From NCBI RefSeq assembly GCF_006345805.1, contig NC_042997.1:148986001-149050000 (forward strand): a stretch of 64,000 nucleotides of DNA. The letters run 5' to 3'. The position numbers and the translations under genes were made by a program. Under the pieces are notes generated by a model that was not told the DNA's origin, did not search any database, and worked only from the letters and a program-made list of their open reading frames with translations. Of this stretch, positions 27,445 to 42,070 are shown piece by piece. Every line of letters starts with the position of its first letter. Positions within the stretch are counted from its first letter, which is position 1. The stretch comes from Octopus sinensis. Its lineage: Eukaryota.

Positions 27445-27607
27445 CAACGTCGAAAAATACCTTAGGAATGAGAACCTAGGTCCGAAATTTACCCAAAACA
27501 CCTGTTGAATGCTGGAGGGTATATCAGGCGATATACCCTCCAGCATTTGTTAACAACAAACAAGATGAGGACAAATATCCGTCAATTGTAAGTAATGTAA
27601 ATAATGC
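27445..27607 (+). mobile_element. 3' body of tRNA-head/(TAA)n/hammerhead short element (right copy)
   Basis: AACGTCGAAAAATACCTTAGGAATGAGAAC...ACAC-CTGTTGA-ATGCTGGAGGGTATATCAGGC...GTTAACAACAAACAAGATGAGGACAAATATCC; homolog of 21735-21890. Confidence 0.75.
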
Positions 27608-27611
27608 GTAT

Positions 27612-28270
27612 GAATATACTTATAAATTATTTACATTATGATATGACCGAACGCTACGCATCCGTTTCTAAGTAAGTTTTATCTTAATAATTACGATGCG
27701 CACTCTTATTCTACCTGTATTCTTTCTATCTATCTCACTCTCTTGTTCTTTTTCTTTTTTGTTTTTCTCCCCCACCCTTTCCTTAATTTTCCCCCTTTCA
27801 CCGACCCCCTCTCTTTTTCCCAATCTTCCTCCTTGACACTCTCGGCTATCCATCTGTTTTTTCTTCTACTTCCTTCCTAAAAACAAGACGTGATTTCACC
27901 TGTCTCTCCTGAAAATTCGTTTTCCCAGCAGTCACCACTTCACCTGCTCTTAGCTTAACATCCCTCACCGTTAGTTTTTACTGTTTTATTCTCATGGCCT
28001 ATTTTTGCTACCACTTTAATCCTCCGCAAAAATCCCAAATTTTATGTAAATTGCTTAACGAAGTCGCGTCTTGTCCTTCGAAACGCGGAGTAGATACAAA
28101 CAGGGAACAACTTATGAAGGGGATGTTCTTCATGTTTCCTGTCTCGTTTCTCTTTTTGTTCACGTTCATTTGATGTCCCATATATGCATGTATATGTACA
28201 TATATATATGTAGGTATGTACATATATGTATGTATATATGCATATACTCATATATTATTTATATTATATA
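27612..28270 (+). mobile_element. PLE pseudo-LTR-like repeat; right outer arm of mirror locus
   Basis: Diverged (roughly 80% by eye) reverse-complement homolog of 20530-21310. Confidence 0.7.
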
Positions 28271-30111
28271 TATACATACATAGCTACATACACACACACA
28301 CGCATACACACATACACAGATACACACATATTATATAAATACAAACACGCACATACAGACACACGCGCGCATATGTATATGTTTGTGTTACTAAGTCCCT
28401 GAATATGTGAAAATGTTTATATCATTCAATGTGAAATAGCAATCGTATATTGAAGGAAGCATATGCTGTGGCACTAAAGCCGACTGCATTATTTCCATTC
28501 CCGCTAATAATAAATTTTTATGTTAATTTGATCTCTTACAAGAACCCACATATATATTTCAAACACATGAGATAATTGACTTAAACACGATGGTGATATC
28601 CAGGCAGGTTTTAATCCAAGGAAAGCAGTGAGAAAAAATATCAATAGAAAAACAAGTATAAAGGAATGATACCGAATAATCTACGAATTATGATAACTCA
28701 ACCGAAGAGTATAACACTCAAAACGAAGACGTGATCTGAAGATATTAAGAATATTTCAGGATCTAAATCTTATTTTCGCCTTAGCTAATTACAATCCAGA
28801 AATATCGAGAAGTTTCGCCTGAATAAATATATCAAGTTTCATTACAAAAACTCACGTAACACATGTATAGCATTGCCTATTATTTTCACGAGTATAATTC
28901 AAGGTTGGTATGTATTGCGAACAACAAATAAATTGAAATCTCTACTCTAATATATTCTCTAATACATGTGCATTATAATTCGATTTCTTGATCGTAACGA
29001 GATTCGCTTTCTTAGTTAACATATTTCTATTAACCTGGCGGCAAGAAGGGATGTCATGTAAACAACATTACAATACATAATACCTAGTCATAAACTAGAC
29101 CTTTAAATGGTGCAATTTCTTAAAAGTATAGATATAAAATCATTGTTTATATCAGATTGTAGTACTTAAACCCTTCCTATTAAAGTGACGATCATAGTGA
29201 CAACCAATGTGAATGAGCTGTGATTTCAGAAGACGACACAATTTGAAAATAATCGGTGTATTTTACTATATATTTTTGCATTTGTAAGTGGAAGTCGTTA
29301 CAATATATGCATTTTATTATTCATCATTTTAGTTACTAAAAAAAGAAGCAAATAAATAATTTCCGTTTGTTTTATTTCTCTATTTCCAATTCCGCTCTCC
29401 TAATCTCATACTTTCTTTGTTGTGACTATACTTATCATTTCTGCGGTTTTGTTATTGTTGTTTACGTTCGATACTTTTTTCTTCAAAGTAAAATAATGAT
29501 GTTTGATTTAATTAGATTAATATGTCAGATAGTATGTACGTTTTTAATTGTCTCCTGTATTTGTACACACGCTCTGTTTACATACAAAGATTACCAGTCG
29601 GTTCCAAGTGTACACTGTCACTATAGAAATATTACTTCCGTTTTGTTTTTTGTATATATTTGCTATGTTACTTATTTCTTCTTCTTTTATGCAATTACAC
29701 ACGGCCGCTATCCATTTCCCATTATGTTTTCTGTATTGTATGAAATGAAAGAAAATTTTATCTTTGTTTATCGTTTAACAACTTGGTTTTCATACTTTAT
29801 TTTATCCAGAAATGTTTTTGTCTGTTTTCATTATTTTGTGTAATGATTAATTTAGTACTATCTCTAATCATATCTTTGAATGTCCGTTCGGTTCGATTGC
29901 CGTCTACTCTAACGGATGCATATACTATCGATCTTGACAAAATGTGTAAAAACGATGAAAACATTTGATAAGAAAGAGTGAGAGATGAATTAAGATATCA
30001 AGTATTTTCCAAACAAATATATATTGAAAAATATGTTTTAATATTTTTAAGTACCGTATTTAATTTCCTCCTTCTCTGTTTTTCTATATGAAACTAAACT
30101 AACATATATAT

Positions 30112-30162
<51 letters not shown>

Positions 30163-30199
30163 GTGTGTGCAGAGCACACACATATAAACATGTACGTAC

Positions 30200-30230
<31 letters not shown>

Positions 30231-30760
30231 CACATGGGCACGTATTTATCTATATGTACATCTTAATAAAATATATGTACAGAAACACACACACACATAC
30301 ACGTAAGTACTGGGGTTGATTCATTCCACTAAAATTTATTTAAGGTGGTGCCCCAGCATGACCGCAGTGAAGTGGATGAAACGAGTGAATAACAATCGAT
30401 AAGATATATAGACACACATCTGTATACATATAAGAATTCCAATTAATTTTCTCTGTACATATGTGAATACTAGGCTGTTTTCATGGCATCTTAATCTCCA
30501 TAACTAATCCCCTTCAGTTTAAATAGCTATAAAGAAACCTACGTTAGATATGTTTAACCTGTACAATACCCAACTTGGTTTTCAAGCTTTTTGCAGTGAA
30601 ATCAGGTTAGTTTCACAACATGATCAGGAAAGCTATAACTTTAAAATTGAAAATTTCATTTATTCCAACTTATTCTGTGCTCGCGCTCCCTACCACTAAC
30701 TCACTTTCTCTCTCCTCTCGCTCTCGCTCTCCCCTCTCTCTCTCTCTCGTCCTGTATATA

Positions 30761-31515
30761 CGAGGTAGTATAATATGGTTCCAGGACTAGTTTAATAGGA
30801 AACAAAAATATTTACATAAGTTTTAAAATCATCTCCTTCGAAATAGTCACCTTGCGGAGCTATACACTGGTTCAAGCGTTCCTACCACTTTTGGAATCCA
30901 GTGTAGAAGTTGTTTTCCGTAAGCCAGTCGAGGACCTTCTGCGATTCGTTTTGTATCTCGTCAACAGTGTTAAAACGACGACATCTAAGGTACGTTTTCA
31001 TCTTGGGGAAAATGGAAGTCCGCATGTGGTAAACCTGACGAAAAGGATACAGAATCGATGCCATGTTGCCTTTGGCGAGAAACTCGCGAGTCAAGAGAGC
31101 ACGGTGAAGAATCCAATACTTCGCGCTCCATAGATCCGTGGCTTTCGCTAAACGTTCTCTGTCAAACACTTCCAAATGTCGTATTCAATTGGCTATCGAG
31201 GCCTGGAGGACGAATTCTCGATGACCTATTGCCACGTTGCTGTAAGTTTGCCGAATTAGTCTTTCAAAGTTTAACGCAAAATGTCACGCTGAATCTTTTT
31301 TTCCAACTTCCTCTTCATCACAACATTGCAGACTACATCATATACGTCATCACAAAAAAAAAACAATTTCAAAAGTTGTGAAATAAACACAGCGATGTCA
31401 CTCGGCACACTGCCTCATGAAGGTCAGTGTTAACACTCATTGCATACGAAATTGTGTGTTGCCAACTGTTAGCGCGATAAAAAAACCAATCCAAGTACAT
31501 TTTGATACCACCTCT
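30761..31515 (-). mobile_element. Internally deleted mariner element
   Basis: TA-flanked degenerate TIRs (CGAGGTAGTATAATATGG / TTTGATACCACCTCT). Minus ORF 30882-31175 has DLWSAKYWILH, LLTREFLAK, FPKMK, RRFNTVDEIQ and FQKW, typical of the mariner DD34D C-terminus. Confidence 0.85.
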
Positions 31516-31548
31516 TATATGCTCGTGTGTGTGTGTGCGTGTGTGTGC

Positions 31549-31594
<46 letters not shown>

Positions 31595-31944
31595 CTTGAA
31601 GCAGTGTTTTTTTAAAGTAAATAAAATTTTCTGAGTGTTCTATTGACTTGAAAAATCATCATTTTGACAACGATTTTTCAAGGAAAATGATACTCGCGTT
31701 TGACAAAATGTATAAATCATTAGAGTTTCTTGTGCTAATCATATATTTTGCTGCGGTCTGGTGGCTGCAAATGTACCTTGCATTCTGCACTCAAGGGATT
31801 TCTAAATTAGCAAGTGAACGCTTTCTTTCATTTCGCATATAGACTGCTTGGTTTTAATACTGATAAGAGCACAAGTAGCTTCAACAGCATGTTACAAAAT
31901 TGGTTTCGTGTTTTAGTACCAGGAACTACTCATCTTCGCTAAAT

Positions 31945-33323
31945 GACATTTGCTTTCAGAGTACCCTACAACTCAACGTCCACGGACGCAGACATCCCAA
32001 ATTAAAGGGGGACTGACAACCAAAAACCTTACCATGCATCTCCACACACAACCCTCTTAACAATGAAGCCTTCGGCACCATCCTTCAAAATATTCCCCGG
32101 CCAAAAGGACCACAGAATGAACTTAATCCTCCAAACACACCATAATAAAAAAACAAGAGACAGCCCAAATCTATGAAAAGTCTCTTAACACAAGCCGGAA
32201 TACGTTCAACAACAAAACGGAAGCCGTCAGTAAGATGCCGAAGACGCGACTGGGATATGCGTCAATTTAATTGAGGGATCAGAGTTCTCCATCAGACAGG
32301 GACAACGTTTCTCTAACCTGTTCTGGGTGTCAAGTGCAATACATAGGCAATACATAGGCCAAACAAATACAGTCTACGGCAAAGGGTGGCTTTACACAGA
32401 TCCCAGATCAAAATTCCGAACAGCAGAAAAATAGCACTCAGCCAACGCATCGACTTATGCGCTAATAACAAAAATCCAAGCTACAAAAATTTTCCCCTTT
32501 ATAAATTCAGCGACGAAACAGCTTGTAGCCAACGAATTAGTAAAGAGTTGTTCTTTATCGCAACTTACAGATCCTTTTGAATGCAACTACAACAATTGGC
32601 ATATCCACAACGACCTAACAATAACACACATATATCAAAAAGAAAACATTCAAAAGAGATACCCAAGAATTCATTAAAAACAGTACCAATCACTACTGTA
32701 ACCCACAACGCGCTACTTTTAGGTCACTTAACATTTAACATCCTACTACTATCATGCCACTCCCGCATTTCTTTTATTAATCTTTCTCTTCTACTCTTTC
32801 TCTTTCTTCTTTTTCTTCTTCTCTTTCTCTTTCTTCTTTTTCTTCTTCGTGTTGTTCTTTCTCTCTGCCACCTCCTTCCTTACATTACTGCTACTGATGC
32901 TTAGAATAACACTCATGCAAATATCAAACACAATACATTCAAAAGAGATAACTAAAGAATTCAGTCACTATTACTATCCAGAACAAGTCACTTTCAGGGC
33001 ACTTGACCATTTAGCATTCTACTATTATCATACCACTCATGCATTCTTCTTCTTCTTCTTCTTCTTCTTCTTCTTCTTCTTCTACTTCTCCTCTTTCAAG
33101 AATTCACGACGACCGTGAACCCACAAGAGATAAAGCGAGAGACGGACACAGGCAGAAATGCCCCTTGTATTTGAAAACTATGAAAATATTCTTTAAAAAC
33201 AATTTTCATTTAACTTTCCCAAAGTTTAATTTTTTTCCATTCTTAGAGTTGAAAAAGTATCAATGACTGAAACCGGTATGATAAAATTATTTTAGCATTT
33301 TCTACCTTGCCTATTCTTCCTTA
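31945..33323 (+). mobile_element. Decayed Penelope-like element 3' portion (GIY-YIG remnant and 3' UTR) ending in (TA)n
   Basis: Interrupted translation TCSGCQVQYIGQT / RQRVALHRSQI and FPLYKF...RISKELFFI; tandem ~130-bp UTR duplication (about 32630-32760 and 32920-33050); hammerhead-like motif at 33249-33278. Confidence 0.7.
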
Positions 33324-33671
33324 TATATATATATATGTTTGCTCTGGGTCATTCTGACGATTTATTCTCTGCATCCTCTTATGCTTAGATACATCTGAGC
33401 GATTTATCCCGTTTTCTGGTCGACAGAGCATATGCAGTAGGCCCTAGCAAGAAATTTGTTGTAGTTTGTAATAAGTGTTTCTATAAGCCTTTTCTGGTGA
33501 ATTAACTTTCCTAATCCATTTTTCATATGCAGCCACAGACTTCACAGACTAGGTGAGTAACGGAATTATCTTTTCTTTCTGATCTCCTTATACGTGACCA
33601 CCCGTTTGTATTTCGCTGGAGTGTGCTCACTCCGTCATAGAAGACAATGTCTCAAAATGCATTTACAGAAG

Positions 33672-33968
33672 CGGCACTAATTCCAACATTTGGGATACAT
33701 GACTGTTCTGTTGAGGAAACCAACTCCCTAGACGTGAGATACTGGCATAAACCTCCACAATATCTTCACAAAAAGTGATACCGACTGACCTATATAAATG
33801 TAGGTGAAGGAGGGAGAGGCTTAAGATCAGTGCAAACAAATTTTAAATGTCATATAGTCTCTCTCAGAGAGCACTTCCTAAACAGCAACAGCAAAAATAA
33901 GTACATGAACTTGGCGCTGAAAAGAGGAGAGAAAAATACCCTACGTGTCGGCAGCGAGCTTCTCAGGA
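33672..33968 (+). mobile_element. Internal fragment of a decayed R4-like RLE retrotransposon
   Basis: Translation LIPTFGI....EE..SLDV / KSDTD*LY.NVGEGGRGLRSV matches the post-RT region seen in the Dong ORF (KSDIEILYIQRIEGGRGL). Confidence 0.65.
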
Positions 33969-34381
33969 ATTACTGGTTATAGGTTTATATTTATAGCAAT
34001 AATAATTGGTGCACTTGGTTTTGAGTGTAGATGACTAGCTGACAATTATGGATAAGCTGCAGGTTTCAGAAAACAAAATCAGCCAATTCTGGCATTGCAA
34101 ATATAAACTGTAAGTCGAACTGAAAAATATGCCAGACTTTTCTCAAGTTCAATATGTGATATTGTTTTGTGATTTATATCCCAACGATGGAGATATGTAT
34201 CTTTGTTAGAAACCAACTCTTTCCTCAGAGGAAAGATTTAAATAATTAAAAACAGAAAAGAACTTATATACATACATACGTAGATACATACAAATATACA
34301 TACATACATGCATGCATATATACATCGATACATACATACATACAAACATACATACACATACACATACATAATACATACATG

Positions 34382-34412
<31 letters not shown>

Positions 34413-35444
34413 GCTTATCTGTATGCACTCATGACTATCAGAATTAATTTGGAGCTTTAACCTTATATAACGATTAAATATTCTCTATTTTTGAAATGCT
34501 TTTAATATTAGAAATAACAATATTACCGCCGTCAGTGTATATAACAGCTCTTATCACAGCTGATTGTAGTATGGCTTACAGTTCAGATGCATGATGTTGA
34601 ATAATTTACGAGGTCTGCGTAGGGATATATACACAGTTTTGAAAACGATGCGATAAACTACTTCGAATCATATGTCACAATAATTTATGAACATTTATAT
34701 CAATTTCATTTGTACCACAACGAAAATGGACCTGCATCAATTAAAATACACGGTTCTCATGTATGATAGGAATTGTTTATATTTGATAATTGATAAAGAA
34801 AGAAACGTTTGGGGAATGGGGTTTTAGTAATCACGCTTTTTGATTTACTATATCAAAGGTTTTAATTTGATGAATGAAACAAAACGCTGAAGAATGATGG
34901 AATCAAAAGAAGTATTGCTGAGCTACAGAAAATTGCCGCCCAGTATTCTGCAAGTATCACGAGATTCTTGAGATATGAGTCGTCTTGCGACGAACCTTGA
35001 AGCAGGCACCTACATTGATGAAATTAGCTACACCGCCATAGCCGTTTGCAAGACTATATGTGAAAGAAGTAACGTTGTAACAGTAAGATTCGCAGCCCTT
35101 CCCTATTATACATTGTTCTACACCCTACTGAAATGCTACCAAGTAAACAAATGAAAATGCATTTGGTAAAGAGAGGTAGTGCTCCTATGATTCTACGTAG
35201 GAGAAGGTAAAAAGGAAAAACACTGGCAAGAGATTACACCAGCGTACAACCACAATCCATTGCCAAAAATCGATAGAAGCGGGAATCTCCTTTTAACGCT
35301 CCATGCTCCACACAGCAGCAAATGTATGATGAATGATTTGTTCAGTTAGCATCAATGGTAATGCTATTACTCCAAACAAAGCGCAACATCATTCATAAAA
35401 TCTATTCATAAAATCAGGTTAGTGATATTTACATACATTAAAAC

Positions 35445-35548
35445 GGTGAGATGGAATAATTGTTACCAGGACGAGCAAAATGCTTAGCTGGTTTCGTGTC
35501 TTCACGTGCTGAGTTCAAATTCCACAAAGGTCGACTGTCTTCCATATC
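35445..35548 (+). mobile_element. Decayed tRNA-SINE, family 3 (AAATGCTTAGC...GAGTTCAAATTCC..GGTCGAC)
   Basis: Motif similarity to degenerate copies at about 48415-48525 (+) and 53955-54030 (-). Confidence 0.55.
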
Positions 35549-35759
35549 TGCTGAATAAAAAGCAATTAGTGTTTTCTTTTCATTAAAAATAATTGAGCAT
35601 GCCTTTACTTCAATAACATTTTTGGTTTTGTTAAACGAATTTAAAGCAAAAAAAAAACTTCTTCAGAAACCAAATACTCTTTCCTTCCTTCATGCCAAGT
35701 TTGAAGAAAATATCTATTTTGCATCTTACTTTTTTGGTCTCTTAAATATGCTGTATTTT

Positions 35760-36054
35760 GTGGCATTATTTCAAGCCAGCTGGCTTTTTATGCGCAAACT
35801 GCACGTGCATTTTTCTCGCGTACGCGTAGTATCGATCGCAACAGCTGATGTACTTGCGCGTCCAAATGCACATTCCCACGGCTTTATCGATCGCATTCTC
35901 ACCTGGAATCAATTTTTGTAATTTTTTCTAGAGTTATACACGCCCTGACACGGTCGCAATCTACATATCAAATTTAAGCGCAATCGGATGGAAGATGCCC
36001 GAGATCGTAGAAGACACACACAATCACAGACAGAACAGATTTTATATTATAGAT
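35760..36054 (+). mobile_element. Helentron/HINE-like non-autonomous element
   Basis: CpG-rich island ending AAATTTAAGCGCAATCGGATG...ACAGACAGAACAGATTTTATATTATAGAT, resembling the 3' end architecture of HINE/Lep1-type elements. Confidence 0.45.
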
Positions 36055-36622
36055 ATACACCATGTTTATTACGTAGGTACTTTTAAAGTTTGTGTTGGTG
36101 TTTGGAATTTGAGCTTATCTCAGATTAAATTACAAATTGTGTGTTGTCATGCGTATATCAGTATTCAGTGACATATAATAAGCAGAGGTAATGTCAGCGA
36201 TAGCGGAGTTGCTCTTCTTACTCCTTTCATATTCTCTATTGAGTGTAACAAATGAATGCGAAATTCAAATGCAACATAACCAGCGCGTGTGTATTTTATC
36301 GACATATACCTCTGAAAAGAGAACTATAAGCATATGTGTGTGCGCGTGTGTCAATGCATATTATCTATCTATATGTCTGTCTGTGTGTCTGTCCGTCTAT
36401 CTATACATATATACGTATATATAATTATACATATATACATATATACATATATGTATGTGTGTATAATTATACATATATACATATATGTATGTGTGTGTGT
36501 TTTTTTCCATATTTGTATTTTATTTCAAACACCATTCACTCTTTTTCCATAGCAGTTATAACACATACCATTACATAGATACGTATATAAATCTGTGTGC
36601 GCTCATACATACTACATGCATG

Positions 36623-36689
<67 letters not shown>

Positions 36690-38349
36690 TACATACATAG
36701 ATATATACGTATACATACATATATATGTATATACATGTATGTATATATATTTGTAAATATATATGTATGTATATATATATATATATACATATATATCTAT
36801 ATATATCTATATATATATATATATATATATCACGTGTTTTCCTATATACGTGTATACATCTATAAGCATGTGTGTGTGCGTGTATATGTTTCTATGTATG
36901 TGTGTATGTATATACAGGTGAGAAATTGGAAGCGAAATAGAAGAATTAAGAAACTGGTGGGAATGTAAAAGGAAAAAAAGATATCTGAAATTATCAATTA
37001 TTTCCAGTTGAGGCAATATTTAGAGAATATAAAAAAAATGCCACTTGAGAATGGATAAACGCACGTCTGTATTTCGTTTTATTTTTGCTGGAAATCCATT
37101 TTCAATGGATCGGCTGCTAATAGTTTATTCATTGGACACAAGGATTTTTTTCCTTATTTGTATTTTATTTCAAACACCATTCACTCTTTTTCTTTTTTCC
37201 ATTGTAGTGAGGTATATTCCCCCAGATTAAAGAATGCAATGGTGGAATGCCCGGTGGAAATTTGATTCAAAGCATTCGCTCGTTTAATACCAAAGCAGCA
37301 CAAGAAATTCGCTATATTTGCAATTGTTATTTTTTCTCAGTTTGTTTTTGTTTTTATCTGTATCTTAGTTTTGTTGTTGTTGTTATTGCTTTTATTATTA
37401 TCATTGTAGTTGTTGTTGCTTTTGCTGTTATCATCATCATTGCTGTTATTAATGTTTAATACCTGTTGTTGTCATATTTTGCAAGGCCACTTTTCTAAAG
37501 GCCTTCTTTAACCGAGAAAGTGTTGACGTCAATGAATCAGACATTAAAAACTGCATTAAATGCCTAAGCGCTGATTTTCCGTTTTAATAATAAGAGCGAA
37601 GAAGGAATAATCTAGAATGATGGAAAAATTTGCAATTCAACAAATACCAGCATGGGAAAATAGACATCTGTGATTTGAAGATAATGTTACTGACACTTCA
37701 TTATATTATATTATATTGCATTATATTACAAATATTTGTGAATATTATTGATGAAAGGAGCGAAGAATATTCAAAAGTAACGATGGAATGGTTTATGGAG
37801 GAACTCTACGAAGTATAACAAGCTCTTTAAATTAGTGTTGTGAAACGAGGCATCGTGAGTATGTAAGAGTATTCTTCATCTGGAAATAACTTGGATGAAA
37901 CAATGAAGAATGTATGGATTGAAAGGTTTCGATTCGATAATATGAGTGTTTCTAAATGCTTGAGATAATGATCCACATATCGAGTTAACCGTTCCTGTAC
38001 GTCTTGCATTAGAGTGGGTGCTCTGTGGTTATTAAACGTAGTTAAAATCAGTTCAGTGTTCATAGATACCAGCACAACAATTATTTAATGGTCATCCGTT
38101 GGTCTATACCGAAGTCATTTATTCAATATATTTCTGTAAATATTCAAATAAAATACAGTACTCCATCTATAAGTGACCGACGTAAAGATGCTAATGAACC
38201 AATTTCATGAACACACGTGTTCATAGTATAGCATTAAGTATAACACTTAGGAAATAGATATATGAAGCTGGCATCTAAGAGTTTTATTTCATATAACAAT
38301 TCATTGCTTAAATGCCATATTCACAAATAATTTTGCTTATAAATATTCT

Positions 38350-40281
<1,932 letters not shown>

Positions 40282-41097
40282 CGGTCGCTTTCGTAGAGTG
40301 CCCTCCCTCAAGCGCTTCTTAACGCGCAGTAGAAGAATCAAATGACGGTCCGGCCCTGATTGGGAGGAGGGAGATTCCTCGCTGTAGAATACCATACTCT
40401 TTTCTGGTGGGGGACGACGCGCGTGGCAGGTGTTCCAGATCGCTCGTTGTCTTCTAGGTACGGTCTTCCGCTTTTGAAGCACACGTGCCAATCGGAATCT
40501 TGCATACAACTTATTGTCTCGTCAACGTAAGCGTGTAGAGGCACATTCAATGTATCTGTAGCAGACCTCTTAAGTTTAACGCACAATTTCCCGTGTGATC
40601 TTTGTTCCTGTCCATGATAAATCGCAGACTACAGCAGACCCGTGTGAAATTTCCCAACTTGCGAAGTAAACACAGCAATGTCACACAGCACACTGTCTCA
40701 AAAGGCCACTGCTAGCTCTTACTGCGCACTCAACAGTGTACCCTCATCTGTTGGTGCGCTACAGAACTAATCCGGGAACTTTTGGGTTCCGCCGTGAAAA
40801 ATGAGGTTTTTCCTACATAGCAAATTTAGCATCATTCCTTCAACGATTACTAGATCCTCTATCGAGGATGCCAACTACTACAGTTTTACATTTTATGTCA
40901 ATCACTGCTTTAAAGTATTTCGCTAAATACAAGTGTGATCCTGTAGTTTTCAGAAACAGCTCTGTTCGTGCGCGGAGAGCCCAAGCTAGATGTGGGTAGT
41001 TCAAAACTGTAATTAGGAATATTACATCCCATTTTCACTTTCATACAGGTCGTAATCGTTAGGGTTATTATAACAAATATTCAAGATAATTGGCTTT

Positions 41098-41501
41098 GCT
41101 GTGCTGGCTGAATGATAAAAAAAATATGTGCCTCCCAATCACATGGTACTGGGTTTAGTCCCGGTGCATAGCACTTTGGGCAGGTGTCTTATATATAGCA
41201 TGGAGTAGACCAAAGCCTTGTGAGTGGATTTGGTAGACGAAAATTGAAAGAAACCGTCGTTTGTATATATTTATGTGTTCATGTCTGTGGTCATCCCACC
41301 TCACTCACAATCATTTGACAACTGATGTCGTTGTATTTAGGTACTCGTAGCTTAGCGGTTCGGCAAAAATGTCTTTAGGATAAGAACTAGGCTTACAAAG
41401 AATAGGTCCTGCGGTCGATTTGTCCAACTAAAACGTTTGAATATGTTGTTCCAGCATGGCCGTAGTCAATTGATTGAAAGAAGTAAAAGAATAAAAGAAT
41501 A
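41098..41501 (+). mobile_element. tRNA-SINE family 1, diverged
   Basis: ACCAAAGCCTTGTGAGTGGATTTGGTAGACG and tail CTAGGCTTACAAAGAATAGGTCCTG...CCAGCATGGCCGTAGTC. Confidence 0.85.
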
Positions 41502-41996
41502 TAAGTGCTTATGAATCTATTGTTATACTTGTGGATGGTAATTTCTTTGTGCCAATTAAACACGCGTACTATTTATTCGATCTTCCCTTTAGTTTTTCGT
41601 GTTTTTGTTTTTATTCATGCTATTTTTAGTTCAGAAGTCTGTCAGATTTCAGTCGTCACCCATTCTGTGACCTTGTCAGCGATGCTCTATCCCATGTGTC
41701 ACCTCATGTCCTGCTTATACAATTATGTCCTTCTGTGATATGCCTGATGAAATGCCACTCTAACGTCTAAAACCGCAAATATCACGCAACGTTGGACATC
41801 GAAATTTTGCGTAAATAGGTGTTGTAAGCAGAGTTCGTACAGAACTGACCAATGTAGATGAGTTAAGGTATTTTATACATACCCCACACATACATACATA
41901 GAGGCACACACACACACAGACACGTATATATATATTTCTCGGCATTTAATTTATTTATCCTTATATATGTGTGAGTGTATGTATATACCTACGTAT

Positions 41997-42068
<72 letters not shown>

Positions 42069-42070
<2 letters not shown>

